The notes below the pieces were generated by a model, which saw only the letters and a program-made list of their open reading frames with translations, ran no database searches and had not been told where the DNA came from. From a virus, in IMG/VR virus record IMGVR_UViG_3300044658_000141, positions 39,077 through 103,076 of that record: a stretch of 64,000 bases of DNA; one strand, written 5' to 3'. Position numbers and translations under genes: made by a program. Below, piece after piece: positions 29,006-40,458 of this stretch. Each line of letters opens with the position of its first letter. Position 1 is the stretch's first letter.

Positions 29006-29285
29006 TGTATACCTCCCACTTCGTGTTAAGAAAATAGTATCATAACTTATCTTAATTTTCAATACCATCATCATATCCTTGACTTTCACGAATTAATTAG
29101 GTATACTAGAAGTACCCCGTAAATGATGGGGCAAACAAAAACCCTCTCAACCGGGCGAAGGCGAGAGGGCATCTGTTAAAGCAATACATCTAGTAGATTG
29201 GAACCCTGCCTGATGTATTACCCAAGTTTTGTGGTGGCTTCATGTCTGGAAAACTACGAGTCACCGACAGGAGAATCATACACTA

Positions 29286-30211
29286 TGCAAACCACGATTA
29301 CAAGCCAACCAATCAAGCAGGCTACTCAACCAACCACCACTGTCAATCGTCCCCAACCCTCACCAACAGCACGCCCTGCGGTCAAACCCGTGTACGGCAT
29401 TTGCGGGCACATCGCCCGGTCTAGCAAGCACACCTGCGGCTCGTGGTCCTGCCTGCAAATGTGGGGGTGGTAGCGATGGAACACACCTTAGAACATCCCT
29501 ACTGTGATGATCCATTCTGCTGGTGCCACAACAAGGATAACTATCATCTCAGTTTCACGAATGATCTACTGTGGATCGAACCTGATCAACAGAATGTGAC
29601 CATTGCCATTGAAGTGCTCGGCGACCACTCAACAGACTGGCAGGTGGCAGCATGAGCGACATTGCAGATTTCCGGGCTCGACAGTCCGCAGAAGAAGAAG
29701 CCGCCCGTGCTGGCCTCTATGGGTTCTCCATGACGGCACGCCACGATTTCATCAATGCTCGCATGGGTCAGGGAGGGCAGGATCTACTTGACCTGATCAA
29801 CAGTGGGCGCGGCGATGAAGCAATGGCACTCTGGGAGAGTGGCTATCTGGACAAGGAGTGGCAGGCATGAGCCAAACGTTTAGCGCAGGGCAGTCTCTCA
29901 AAAGAGATTGCCTTGCTCCCTACCACATCACGCTCGCATGGTGCCCCGGTGAGACAAAACAGCGTTTTCCCGTCCCTGCTGGAGTCGATGGCAAAACATT
30001 GGTAGCGTATCGGGTCAATCGGTGGACTGGCCAGAGACTGCGAGAAAAGCCGTTCCACATACTGCCTGATAGTCGGGTGGAGTTGTTCAAAAGCCAATGG
30101 ACGGATTTGTTCTACATCGTTGAGCTTGATCGGTATCGTCAAAGATGGCTGTGCAGCTGCGAACGGGAATTGTGCGAGCACATCAAAGCAATGAGAGGTA
30201 TTTCAAGATAA
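29286..30211 (+). CDS. Cluster of small early genes (29286-29473, 29476-29655 His/Cys-rich, 29652-29870, 29867-30211 SWIM)
   Basis: Coupled ORFs with RBSs behind the promoter at 29079; the last has WLCSC...CEHIKA. Confidence 0.55.
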
Positions 30212-30283
30212 GATCCAGGCGTTGCCACGAAGTAGAGACCGATGGCAACGCCTGCCCACTGTTCAGAACAGGAGTATCATATC

Positions 30284-31168
30284 ATGGTTACGGCAGAACA
30301 AACAATTGAGCAGCAAAACGAACAATCAGTATTTGACGGTTTCAATGGCTTAGTTTGTCGTGAGGACTGGTTCGCCCTGGCCGCTTTTATTGACAACCTG
30401 GCTGAATTCAAAATTGTGGAGTGGCTGCTGCGTCATACCTGGGATGAGTGGGTTGAGGTGACCACAGAGGTATTTATGCATGGCTACTATGAAGAGGAGG
30501 GCCTGAAAATCGACTATGGCACTGGCATGTCAAAACCGTCTGTGCTTCTGGGTATCAAGAAAGCAGTGCAGCATGGTTTGATTGAGCAGTGGGTGGATGA
30601 GACGGATAAGACCAGGATCAGGAAGTTTTATCGGATCAGGGTGTGTGTTGCTGTGGATGAGCAGGTTGAGCCACAGTTGGAACAGGAAGTTGGAATAGGG
30701 GAGCCGTTTGTTGATGAGTGGGAAGCCGATGTAAAGGATCTTAACGAGGAAGACTTTTTGCTGGATGAAGAAGCTTTACCTCCCTCTATGGAGATATCGA
30801 ATAACTCGAACTATCCACACAATAATATTACTTGTGAGAATATATCTCGAATTCAAGAGATGGATATTTTACCTGAGAGATGTTACTCGAATAAATCCAG
30901 ATGTAAAAGCAAGTATCCTGCATTTCTTCGATCCATCATCAAAGAGCTATCAATTGAGCTAGGAGATGGTGACCATATTGGGCCCAATATTTCCCATGCA
31001 ACCAGGCTCTATAAGCAATCTGGCCTCACTGAAGATCAGTTTATCCAGCTGCTCTATGACTTGAAGGCTTTGGCATTTAGCAAGGCAATCAAGAAGAAGA
31101 ATAAGCAGGGTGGGATCAATAGGATGCCTTATGTATTCACCTGCCTCACTAGGTCAGTGGCAGTATGA
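30284..31168 (+). CDS. HTH-containing protein, replication-initiator-like architecture
   Basis: wHTH-like GTGMSKPSVLLGIKKAVQHGLI; acidic linker; C-terminal helical NRMPYVFTCL domain. Confidence 0.45.
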   Translation: MVTAEQTIEQQNEQSVFDGFNGLVCREDWFALAAFIDNLAEFKIVEWLLRHTWDEWVEVTTEVFMHGYYEEEGLKIDYGTGMSKPSVLLGIKKAVQHGLIEQWVDETDKTRIRKFYRIRVCVAVDEQVEPQLEQEVGIGEPFVDEWEADVKDLNEEDFLLDEEALPPSMEISNNSNYPHNNITCENISRIQEMDILPERCYSNKSRCKSKYPAFLRSIIKELSIELGDGDHIGPNISHATRLYKQSGLTEDQFIQLLYDLKALAFSKAIKKKNKQGGINRMPYVFTCLTRSVAV

Positions 31169-31289
31169 CCAATTTTCCAACAACTTCAAAATTCATCGCC
31201 AAACCCCTTGCATATCTAACAGATGTCTGTTATAATTCAGATAGTTAAGAAAACACAAAACTACTTCAACAAACAAGGAGATCAAAACA

Positions 31290-32162
31290 ATGGCTACATA
31301 CATCAACTGCACAGAGACAGCGAAACTCATTCGTAAGGCACTCAAAGAAAACTTCCCTGGCACCAAATTCTCAGTCAAGAAAAGCGCTGGTGGTTCTTCC
31401 GTTTACGTACGCTGGACAGATGGCCCTGCTGAAACAAAAGTAAGCAAGGTGGTCAAATTCTTTGAGGGTGCGACGTTTGACTGCACTGTTGATCTGAAAT
31501 CATATGTCTCCGTAGAGATTGACGGCGAAGAAGTCCAGTTTGGCGCTGATTATGTGATCTGCCAGCGCGAAATGACACGGGCATTTGTTGAGGCCATCAT
31601 GCGCCAGTACAACAAAGCCCACGGCTATGATTGCGGTGTCAAGATTTGCGGCACCGAAGAGCACGCCTATATCGAATACAACTACCTCAAAGACAGCCAT
31701 ATCCACTGGATCAATGAACTTCTCCACAATACCGACGCCAAAGACGCCGAGCGTGTGTACGAGGCCGAAGAAGAGCGCAAAGCACAAGAGCGTGCTGAGT
31801 GGGAAGTTGGAGCCGCCGAGCGTGAGCGCCAAGCGAAAGAACAAGCCGCCAAAGAAGAGAAAAAACGTCAAGAGCGTGAGGCACGCGAGCGCAAAGCCAG
31901 CGAGGAGCGCCGCCAGCGTGAGGAGAAAGAGCGCCAGAGCAGGCAACAACAGCAAGAACGCGATGCATTCAAAGCAGCACAGAGGATGGTTCTCTCATCC
32001 AAATACTCAGCACTCATTCACCTTGGATTGTCGGCCAGCGCTAGCAAGTCTGATGTTCTCAGCGCATTTCGCAAGAAAGTACACGAGATGTCAGATGGCA
32101 AAGGTGGATATACAGGCGATATGGATTTTCTGGTACAGGTGAAAGAGAAGGCATTGCAGTAG
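31290..32162 (+). CDS. LPD29-like domain protein with coiled coil and degenerate J-domain-like C-terminus
   Basis: TAKLIRKALKENFPGTKFSV...VRWTDGP; C-terminal LGLSASASKSDVLSAFRKK lacking HPD. Confidence 0.6.
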   Translation: MATYINCTETAKLIRKALKENFPGTKFSVKKSAGGSSVYVRWTDGPAETKVSKVVKFFEGATFDCTVDLKSYVSVEIDGEEVQFGADYVICQREMTRAFVEAIMRQYNKAHGYDCGVKICGTEEHAYIEYNYLKDSHIHWINELLHNTDAKDAERVYEAEEERKAQERAEWEVGAAERERQAKEQAAKEEKKRQEREARERKASEERRQREEKERQSRQQQQERDAFKAAQRMVLSSKYSALIHLGLSASASKSDVLSAFRKKVHEMSDGKGGYTGDMDFLVQVKEKALQ

Positions 32163-32265
32163 GCAGAGGCGGCTAACCTCTGCCAAGACACCAACAAGAG
32201 GGCTGTGGTTTCTCAGGCTCGCAGCCCTCTCTACTAACAGAGTATACCAGAAGGAAAATAGACAT

Positions 32266-33411
32266 ATGGAAGATAAGAAAAAGCATGGGCATCCCGGCAA
32301 CCAATTCAACCGAAAAGCACCGCTGGGGAAAGAGGGGTATAACTTTGGCGTCTCAATCACCTGGCAGGAACGCGCCCAATTAGAACAGGAACTTGCACGT
32401 CAAGGGAAAGAGCCAACAAAGGAGGAAATATCAGCGCTGGCCAGAAAGATCATGAAAGAGGGTATAGCTAATCTTGGAAAGGAGCAATAACCAATGGATG
32501 CAAAAAAATCATCATGTCCTTTCTGTCCAGATGGACACGAGCACCCCTGTACACATCCATGGGCGGTTTATATTGGCCCCCAACGAGATGGTGATGGACA
32601 ACCTACCCACCTTATCGTTTGTAAAACGGGACTGCAACACATGGCTGAGAGCGATGCTGAATGGTTGAGACAATTGATACGGAATGCAAGAAAGGAGCAA
32701 TAACCTATGTGGAACCCATTCAAACGATCCCGTGAGGACCGAGCACTTATCAAAGCCGTGGATCTGCTCAAGGCCAACGAAGACGCCATGAGTGCTATGT
32801 TGGAGCTAGCGTTTCTTGAGGCTGAGTTGAAGATTGCGGCAATGACGCCGGAGGAGAAGAGGGCGTTTCTGGAAAAGCTAAGAGGGGGGGGGGAATAAGC
32901 TCATGAAGCAGTTTAATCGTGGTGATCGCGTAGAATACGTATCCGGGTACTACGGCATTGGAACCATACGTTACCTCGATGATGATCTGATGCCTGATAG
33001 CTCAGGGCGACGATACAACTGGCCTAATCAGTTCTGCGTTGAATTTGACAACGAAATCGAGGGAAAGAAACCATTTTTCTGGTGTAAGCCAGAGGAATTA
33101 CGTGAGGCAAGCAAATCATTGTAGTTGGGACGGGCCAATGTCGAGGAACACTGAACTTTAGCATCTCAAGGAGATTAAAGAAGATGGATTTTCAATTAGG
33201 TGATCAGGTTGAATTGACAGATGGTGTCCTGGCAGGAGAAAAAGCCAGGATTGTCACTGATGAAGAGGGTTTATGGTATACGAACGAACCTGAATGGGGT
33301 GAAGAAGTATACATTCAGTTTGATCGGAAAGATGCACATTTGGGACAAGATAAAGGCTTTGCTATTCTACGTAATCGTTGGGGAAGTGTCGAGGCGTTGC
33401 GCAAAATCTAA
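32266..33411 (+). CDS. Five small hypothetical genes (32266-32490, 32494-32703, 32707-32898, 32903-33124, 33184-33411; last two SH3/KOW-like)
   Basis: Tandem ORFs with RBSs; F..GD.V motif in the last two. Confidence 0.5.
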
Positions 33412-33539
33412 GGAGAAGAGAATAACTTTTCCTAAATTGCAATTCTATGCCGCTAATTGCGTTATATTCAGTACAGTGCTGAAACAGTAGCTCATTGACA
33501 CACTCTGGTAAAATATACTCAAACTGAGGAGGGGAGCCG

Positions 33540-33737
33540 ATGCCGGACGAAGTATATACCGTTCAAGAAGTCGCCCAACAATTTAAGGTCGCCGAGCGCA
33601 CCGTGCGTAACTGGATTGAAAAAGAGGGGCTAGTAGCTTTCCCTATTGGTAAGCGCGGCTACCGTATTGCTAAATCTGACCTGGATGCGTGGGTGGAGGA
33701 GCGGAAGAAGCGGCCAAGTGGAGATAAAGAGAACTAG
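33540..33737 (+). CDS. Excisionase-like HTH_17 protein
   Basis: YTVQEVAQQFKVAERTVRNWI..GL.A....YRI..SDL. Confidence 0.85.
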   Translation: MPDEVYTVQEVAQQFKVAERTVRNWIEKEGLVAFPIGKRGYRIAKSDLDAWVEERKKRPSGDKEN

Positions 33738-34131
33738 ATATAGCGCCCGCTCCGTTACTACGAAGGTCTTGGAGGACTCAATGGCAACCACAAAGAAGCC
33801 TGCAATCGGTGAGTTATTGCATCGCATCAATGATGACGCCATACGAGCTCGGATACAAAAAAGGTCAATGGAACAAAAAAGAGTTAAAAGACAGCGGGTG
33901 GGGAGTCGATGCGAGGGGATGCCTTGAGAATATTGAGAAGGTATACGCGGCTGATGAGGGAGAGTTTTATGATGGCTTGCGTCAAGCTGCGCGTGACTCT
34001 CTGGAGCCAATCATAGAAGAGCAATCAAAGAAGCCTTGGTGGCATGTTTGGTAAGAAAAAAGGAGTGTAAAACGGTTCTGTAAGCGTCTTTAAGTAGTTT
34101 TAACAACAGAAAAAAAGAAAGGAACAAGCTA

Positions 34132-34503
34132 ATGGACGAAGAAGAAACTGAAGGATGGCAAGAATACTGGTTCGTATGCGGCGGTGTCAGCGAGCAGGCG
34201 CAAGAGGCTATTGAGTCAGTGGATGGAAAAGTACAACGTGTGACGAATGTCAGAGGCTTTTCTACGCCTGCTCTATATGCTGTGTGCCTGCTCCACCATC
34301 CAGACGATGATGATCAGGGCTTCTGCTGGTACACTGATGACGGAGAGAAAGCACGCAAGCTCTTCATCAGGTCAGCAGACGAATGGCACGATTTGTACAT
34401 CTATTGCGAGGACGGCTCCATCCCTCGGTTTGAGTCGGATGTAACGCAGTTGCGGATTGTGACCGAAGCCGAGTGGTTTGCTCTGGCAGACGCGCAGAAG
34501 TAG
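34132..34503 (+). CDS. Acidic hypothetical protein
   Basis: AAGGA RBS; 123 aa. Confidence 0.5.
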   Translation: MDEEETEGWQEYWFVCGGVSEQAQEAIESVDGKVQRVTNVRGFSTPALYAVCLLHHPDDDDQGFCWYTDDGEKARKLFIRSADEWHDLYIYCEDGSIPRFESDVTQLRIVTEAEWFALADAQK

Positions 34504-34758
34504 ACAGAAAGGAAGATAACAATATGAGCAAGAAAAGACCTGCACCCGGATCAAGCACTGATGAAATTTTAGACTATGCGATTGAGCAAGGAGCTTTTCA
34601 TGACCATAGTGATCTGCCAGGTGTCGATAAGGCCGAATATGCCGGTTTTGTAGCCGACATTGACTGGACAGCGGATTTTGGCTATACGGAAACGGAGCAT
34701 GACATCTTTCGTGCAGGATATTATCATGGTATGAAATCGCAGGATAAAGGATAGCAAA

Positions 34759-34794
34759 AGAAAGAGGGCTGGTTGAGTGCCAGCCCTCTTTCTT
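34759..34794. terminator. Bidirectional intrinsic terminator
   Basis: AGAAAGAGGGCTGG-TTGAGTG-CCAGCCCTCTTTCT between convergent genes; a similar one lies at ~35998-36031. Confidence 0.75.
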
Positions 34795-35511
34795 GCCCTT
34801 CTAAATTGTCCATGCTTCATTTGTCCATGTGCCATCTGGATAAGGACAAACCTCAGCATGATTGGCACAAATCCCGAAGAAAAGGCTTTGTGTTTCCCCA
34901 TTGGCCTCAACCTCTGCTTCGACAGCTTTAACTGCCTTGGATTTTTGGTCCGAGCAATAAAAGCAATCAGGAGATTGAAACATGACCTGTTCCTGATGGA
35001 AATCGACCAGGCGCATTCTGGCAAAATTCAAAGGCTACTCCTCTGCTGCTTCTTGCTTCAGATGTGGGCGTTGTGGTCTAGATGACGGTTGTGTCGATCG
35101 CCGTGCACGTTTGGCATATTCACCATAGTCGAAACCATCGCCGTAATTTCTGTCTATGTCATCTTTTTCCGCGAAAGCGAATTCTTTGTGGGATAAAAAT
35201 CCATTAGACGGCTGATGTGGACATGAAAGCCCTCTTACGGCATTGTGGCAGCAATATGTGCCATCTTCAACTAGGCAGGTGCCATTCTGGCATGTACCGC
35301 AGTAGAGGCCGTTGATTTTGTCCTGATAGGCCATGTCTCCAGGTGTTAAGTGTTTCATTTTGTATTTCCTTCTTTCTCTGCTAATTTTCCGTCGTACCTC
35401 ACTTGGTACGCTTTTATAATACCATGATTTCATGGTATTTGTCAAGCCTTTTAGCATTGAATTTTCCATGAAATCATGGTATTATAAACCATCAGAAAGG
35501 AAGGTAAGATT

Positions 35512-35808
35512 GTGTTACATAATCAGGAAAAAGAGCGCTCTACCAGGAAAGCCGTGACGCTCTTAGAGCAGCATGAAGAGGCTTTGAAAGCAGAATTAGG
35601 TCAATCGTCCTATGAGCTGCTTTCGCCAAGGCAGACATCCGTTATTCTGGGCGTCGAGCCTGGGCGCATCACTGATCTGACGCGGCAAGGCTGGCTAGAA
35701 CCTGCGCCAGTCGAGAAGATTGGGCCGGCGAAGTTGTACTATCGCTGGCGCGTCGAGTTCGTAAGGCGGTATCGTAAAACGTATAGTAAAAGGGAAAAGG
35801 AAAAGTAA
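35512..35808 (+). CDS. HTH DNA-binding protein
   Basis: LLSPRQTSVILGVEPGRITDL.RQG.L.P......LY...V. Confidence 0.6.
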   Translation: MLHNQEKERSTRKAVTLLEQHEEALKAELGQSSYELLSPRQTSVILGVEPGRITDLTRQGWLEPAPVEKIGPAKLYYRWRVEFVRRYRKTYSKREKEK

Positions 35809-37665
35809 ATGTAGATGGGGCTTTAACTGAAACAAAGTCAGGCGCGACATTCCGAAAAAGCGCCGACGACTGGCAGCTCTTGCCAGGTCGTCTGGAAAAG
35901 CTACAGCAGTTGAAAGCGCAAGGGGTCCGGCTTGCACTGGCGACCAATCAAGGCGGGGTTGCTTTCGGCTTCGAGGTATTCGGGCCGAAGTGGTAAAGAG
36001 AGAGGGCTGGTGATGTACCAGCCCTCTCTTCTATTTATGTCCCTTCGCTTGCTCAATGCGCGCATCGATAGCCGCGTAGGCTACGCGACGAGCTTCTTCC
36101 CTGACCTCATCGTCATTAGGCCAGTGGTCGCGCTTTTCGGCAAACATTGCCCGGCGCAGACCCTCACGGCGCTCCTCTTTGAGAGAGACTTTGACATAGC
36201 CGCGCTCCTTGACTTTCTCTGATTTGACGGCTCGTTGATTGCCCTGCAAAGCGGCGGACTTTGCAGGACTCTTCTTTGCAGTCACGCTCTTCCCGGCCAT
36301 CTTCTAACCTGTTCCTCTTCTTCGGCAGGCAGCGGACCTTCATTGGCCTGCTCAGCCTCACTGATCCAGCGCTCAACCTGCGCTTGCTCTGCCACGGAAA
36401 GATACTCAACAATGGTTTCGCTTCTCCTCACGGGCTTATAGGTGCCCGTGAGAGGCTCGTAGCTGTCCAGGCGGCGAGGCCTGGACACTGGCAAGCCATA
36501 CTTTTTCATGACTCTTTCTTTCCTTTCGTTTCATACTCGCCAGCCCCAAGATATTGAAGCGAAGAATCAGCCTCTAAAATTTCTCTGACACGACTACGAA
36601 GCTTTGCCGTGTTTCCGTATCCCTGCTCTGCCAGCAGGAGGATAACATCGGCATTGGAAAATTGCGGACGCTTCTTCTTGACTTCTTGAATGGCCGCAAG
36701 GATAGACAGTTCTCCCGGCAATTGCTGACTATATGGGACAAATGCCTGCTTTTGCTCTGGAACGCCACGGACGAGCACAATCTTGGTTTCCCATGGCGTG
36801 CCACCTATAGCAGCGCACATGGCATTTTGTCGCTTGTCCAGTTGCGCTTTTTTTGTCAGCGCAACTTCTTCAGAAGAGGCTTCCAAAACGTTGCGCCAGC
36901 CATGCGGGGAATTGGCAAGGACAACATAGGCGTCCTCGGTTATAGGCTTGTTGAAATCAACGCCAGCAGCGCTGACACCTTGGAAGTCTTTGTCGCTTCT
37001 CTCGCGATTTGGCAACTGATCAATGGTCATTTCTTCGTACATTTCTTCATCTCCATTGTGTTTTTGTGGTACGTTCTTGATGTCTGAATAGTACCACAAA
37101 AACACAATGCTGTCAACACTTTTTCATTGGATTTTCAGCGCTTGACTGGTGGCTCTTTGCTGAATTTCGGTCTTTTGCAGATGAGGATGTATTCTTCAAT
37201 CGATTCAGCCGGAATTGACACCGAATTCTGACTCTCGATGCCGATGCATTTGACGCCACCGTCTGCAATTTCGCGGACACGTAGCAATTCCAGGTCTCCA
37301 TCGTAAATGAATGCTAGCGTGTCGCCAATGCTGATATCTTCGCCGTAAAAATCCTGCATGTTTAATCTCCATTCATATTAGCTATGACTTGCCATTGCTG
37401 CTGTTCTTCTAAATCCAGGTCTGACCAGTCAAGTTGGACGCCTCCAGAGTGAGAGGAACGCCACCACTCATAAGCTTCCTGCGCATCAATGATTTGCTCA
37501 GCCTGCTCAGTGAACGATTGCTCAATCTGATCCCACCGCTTGCAATCGGTACAGGTACATCTACCTGAGTGGTTGCGTACCTTGTCCCATGCTGTGATTT
37601 GCTCAGGTGTCATGCTTGTTGCTCCTCCAACATAGATAAGATGTGCTTATTGTACATGTCATTAA

Positions 37666-38112
37666 TCATTTGTCAACTATATTCCACCCTAGTTGATCTA
37701 TAGTCATTGCTGGGAGCTGCTTTTCCTCTCTTAAGAGATTAAAGGCAGTGAATAGCTTGTCAGCAGTCTCTTGGCTAATAGGTTTTCCTGAAAATGCATT
37801 CCATACAGTTGTTTGTGATACACCAGCCCGATTAGCTATCTCCAATCTGTTAACACCAGTACCAGCAATGCCTCTCTTTTCTCTAGTGGTGGGATTGCCC
37901 TTCTTAGGATATATCTTTAATTGCTCAACATCTTTAGGTAGAAAGAAATTAGCGCCTCCTACCGTCTCAACTGGCTTAAGCCTTCCTGCATAAACCATTC
38001 GATTAACGCCTATGTTTGTATAGGTACGTATTCCGTTAGATCGTTTAGTTAGTATTTCAGCAACTTCTTTACTGGAAAGAAGCTTGCCGTGTGTCTCTGA
38101 GATAATTGCCAT
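37666..38112 (-). CDS. Double-HTH DNA-binding protein
   Basis: N-terminal MerR/HTH_17-like (LSSKEVAEIL...GRLKP) and C-terminal XRE-like (EIANRAGVSQTTV). Confidence 0.65.
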   Translation of the reverse strand: MAIISETHGKLLSSKEVAEILTKRSNGIRTYTNIGVNRMVYAGRLKPVETVGGANFFLPKDVEQLKIYPKKGNPTTREKRGIAGTGVNRLEIANRAGVSQTTVWNAFSGKPISQETADKLFTAFNLLREEKQLPAMTIDQLGWNIVDK

Positions 38113-38152
38113 TGTAAACCTGCCTTCCTTTTTGTGTTCAAACATACTCGGT

Positions 38153-38393
38153 TGCTGTGAATACTCAGCACATCGCACGGGATCGCCCGTGTATGCCCCT
38201 AGCCGGGGAAGATACCGCTTCCAGGTTCCAATGGAAGCAAAAGCCGTGAATGCGGCTTAGTGGCGCATGTACGCTGCCTTTTGCGATGATCCGCTGTGAT
38301 GGATTTCGGTTGCACCGTCAGCCGACTTGCCAGAGTTCGCTACGCTCTGATGTGTGAACTCCGCACACATTCGGGTACTTTTGAGTACCTTTT
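38153..38393 (+). ncRNA. Candidate structured RNA: chain of 11 short stem-loops ending in hairpin+U-tract
   Basis: Back-to-back inverted repeats; G-T wobble pairs occur on the + strand in five stems; see findings. Confidence 0.5.
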
Positions 38394-38605
38394 CAATCAC
38401 AGTTTAACCCTCCTTATTGGCAATGATTTGACATTAACATAGTGACACACTACATTAATTTTATTAAATAGTCAATATCTGGCCTTAAACCTATTGACAA
38501 ATGATTAGTGACATGTTATACTTGCCCTTGTGAGGCAGCATAAGCATCGTAGTAGTTTAGCGTCGTGGTGGGATTTCGGCTTCACCACGGCATAAGAGAA
38601 GAGAC

Positions 38606-39250
38606 ATGAGTATCACTGAAAAGACAAATGAACGTCTCGCCCGTATCCACTCAGCATTACAGGCTCAGGACTGGATACCTGAAGCCATGTATGATGAGGC
38701 TCAACACATCACTATGAATGCGTGGGCATTGATGGTAGCGAATGAGATTAAACGAAGAAGTCTTGAGAGGAGAGTAGCGTAATGCAAGGATACATCTACG
38801 AGCATGGGCAATGGTGGAAAATTGAGGTGACAGGACCGTTTAAGACCGATGGGCAGTCCTGTTTTGAGTGGGCAGAGTCCTACTATCCTCCTGAACAGCG
38901 TGTCGTATGGGAGAAGTTGACCAAGCAAGAACAGGCTGAATGGGAACAAATAGCGAGAGAAGTGGAGGAAATTGTCAATGGCTAATTCCTGTCCATTTTG
39001 CCCGATCATGGGCATTGATGAGAGTGAGTACCGGAATATCGAACAGACATTTTATGGTGAACAAGCAAATGTTGAAGGTATTCTCTGCTGTGATCCATGT
39101 ATGCAAGTGATATATATGTGTGGCGTTGCTGAACATATTCTCTGCCTGGCAAAGCATCTAGGCATCGTTATCACTCAGGATATGGACATCTCACAGGTAA
39201 CAGATGCCGTACAGAAACACCGGCAGGAGCTAGTGCGAAGGCAGGGTTAA
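38606..39250 (+). CDS. Three small coupled genes (38606-38782, 38782-38985, 38978-39250); last one truncated by the tnpB remnant
   Basis: TAATG-type coupling behind the promoter at 38494. Confidence 0.5.
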
Positions 39251-39574
39251 ATCGAAGCATCCTTGACGCGGGGTGGAGTCAATTCGTCACATTTTGCGAG
39301 TACAAGGCTGAGAGCGCTGGTACTCAGGTGGTACGAGTTGACCCGTACAAAACCTCGCAAGTGTGCTCAAGTTGTGGCGTCGAAGGACCACACAAGGACC
39401 TCTCAGAACGCACACATACCTGTACCAGTTGTGGAGTGGTTCTGGATCGAGATCACAACGCTGCGATAAACATCAAAAACATTTGGCTTGGACGGAGCCT
39501 ACGCAAGACGAAGCGGGTACGTTCCGTTGCGTAACTACGTGAAGCCCCTGGATTTATCCATGGGGAGTCGTCAC
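39226..39574 (+). pseudogene. tnpB: 3' fragment of tnpB plus intact IS200/IS605 right end (omegaRNA scaffold)
   Basis: GASAKAGLNRSILDAGWSQF...DPYKTSQVCSSC...DRDHNAA, homologous to 22832-24103; right-end hairpin GCCCCTGGATTTATCCATGGGG-AGTCGTCAC. Confidence 0.9.
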
Positions 39575-40257
39575 CCAGGGGCAACTAGACGACGATGAAG
39601 ACGATGATGAAGGATGGAATGGTGGAGGCGGTGACGATGATGGCCCTCGTGATGAAGGCCCCGACAAACCGGGTGGTGTAGTCATATCTTGGCAAGCATT
39701 GTTAGAGGAACTGGAAAACAAAACGCCTGCGTCCGTTTAGCCCTGAGTGAGTGTGTAGTAAACAGGTAATTGGAAGTCCATATCACACATCAACAAAGCA
39801 AACAATCGTAGCGCATTCTTGTTCGTTTGCCGTCTGGCCTCTGCCTCTCTTTGCTCTTCGATGCGAGGGGAGGCAGGCGCAAGCCGACAAACAGGTAGTG
39901 CGGCTTGGTACATTTACAGATTGGCTCGTAGCGAGCCAGGAAGGTCAAAAGACAATGCCACGAGACAAACATTCAGTTTCAGGTCAATTAATTAAGGCCG
40001 TTCGTGAGGGTGAAATCACTCTCGATGACTTACGAGCGGAGCGTGACGCTATCCATGAGCGGCGGGATTTTACCGAAGAGGAGGAGGAGCGCTTTGAGGC
40101 GCTCAATCGCGCCATCCTCTTTTCCCCGGATGGGGCGCAAAACAAACACTCGTAGCGCATTCTTTGTATCAAAAAGTCTGCTGGTGTTCGCAGCGCCAGC
40201 AGACTCACCAAACTTGTAGCCTGTATTAAGACGAGACTACACAAGGAGTATATCATT

Positions 40258-40458
40258 ATGCTATTCAACCATCAAAATGAGCAAGATGAGAATGAGGACT
40301 TTGTCCTGTTTCCCCACACGCCAGATCACTTTTGCCCGGACATGTCCTGCCCTTGCCACGAAGATCAAGATGCCATTGGGCAGGTGGCACAATGGTTTAA
40401 TGATGGGCTGATGTCCGTTGACGATGCCGACCGATTTTATCGGGGAAAGGTTCTGTAG
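40258..40458 (+). CDS. Small His/Cys-motif protein
   Basis: HTPDHFCPDMSCPCHED; related to HPYCDDPFCWCH at 29476-29655; AAGGAG RBS. Confidence 0.55.
   Translation: MLFNHQNEQDENEDFVLFPHTPDHFCPDMSCPCHEDQDAIGQVAQWFNDGLMSVDDADRFYRGKVL

Noticed and set aside
38153-38393. CsrB/RsmZ-like RNA, CRISPR or TIGR array interpretation of the hairpin chain
   Set aside because: Loops lack recurring GGA, there is no repeated sequence, and spacing is irregular (about 18-28 nt).
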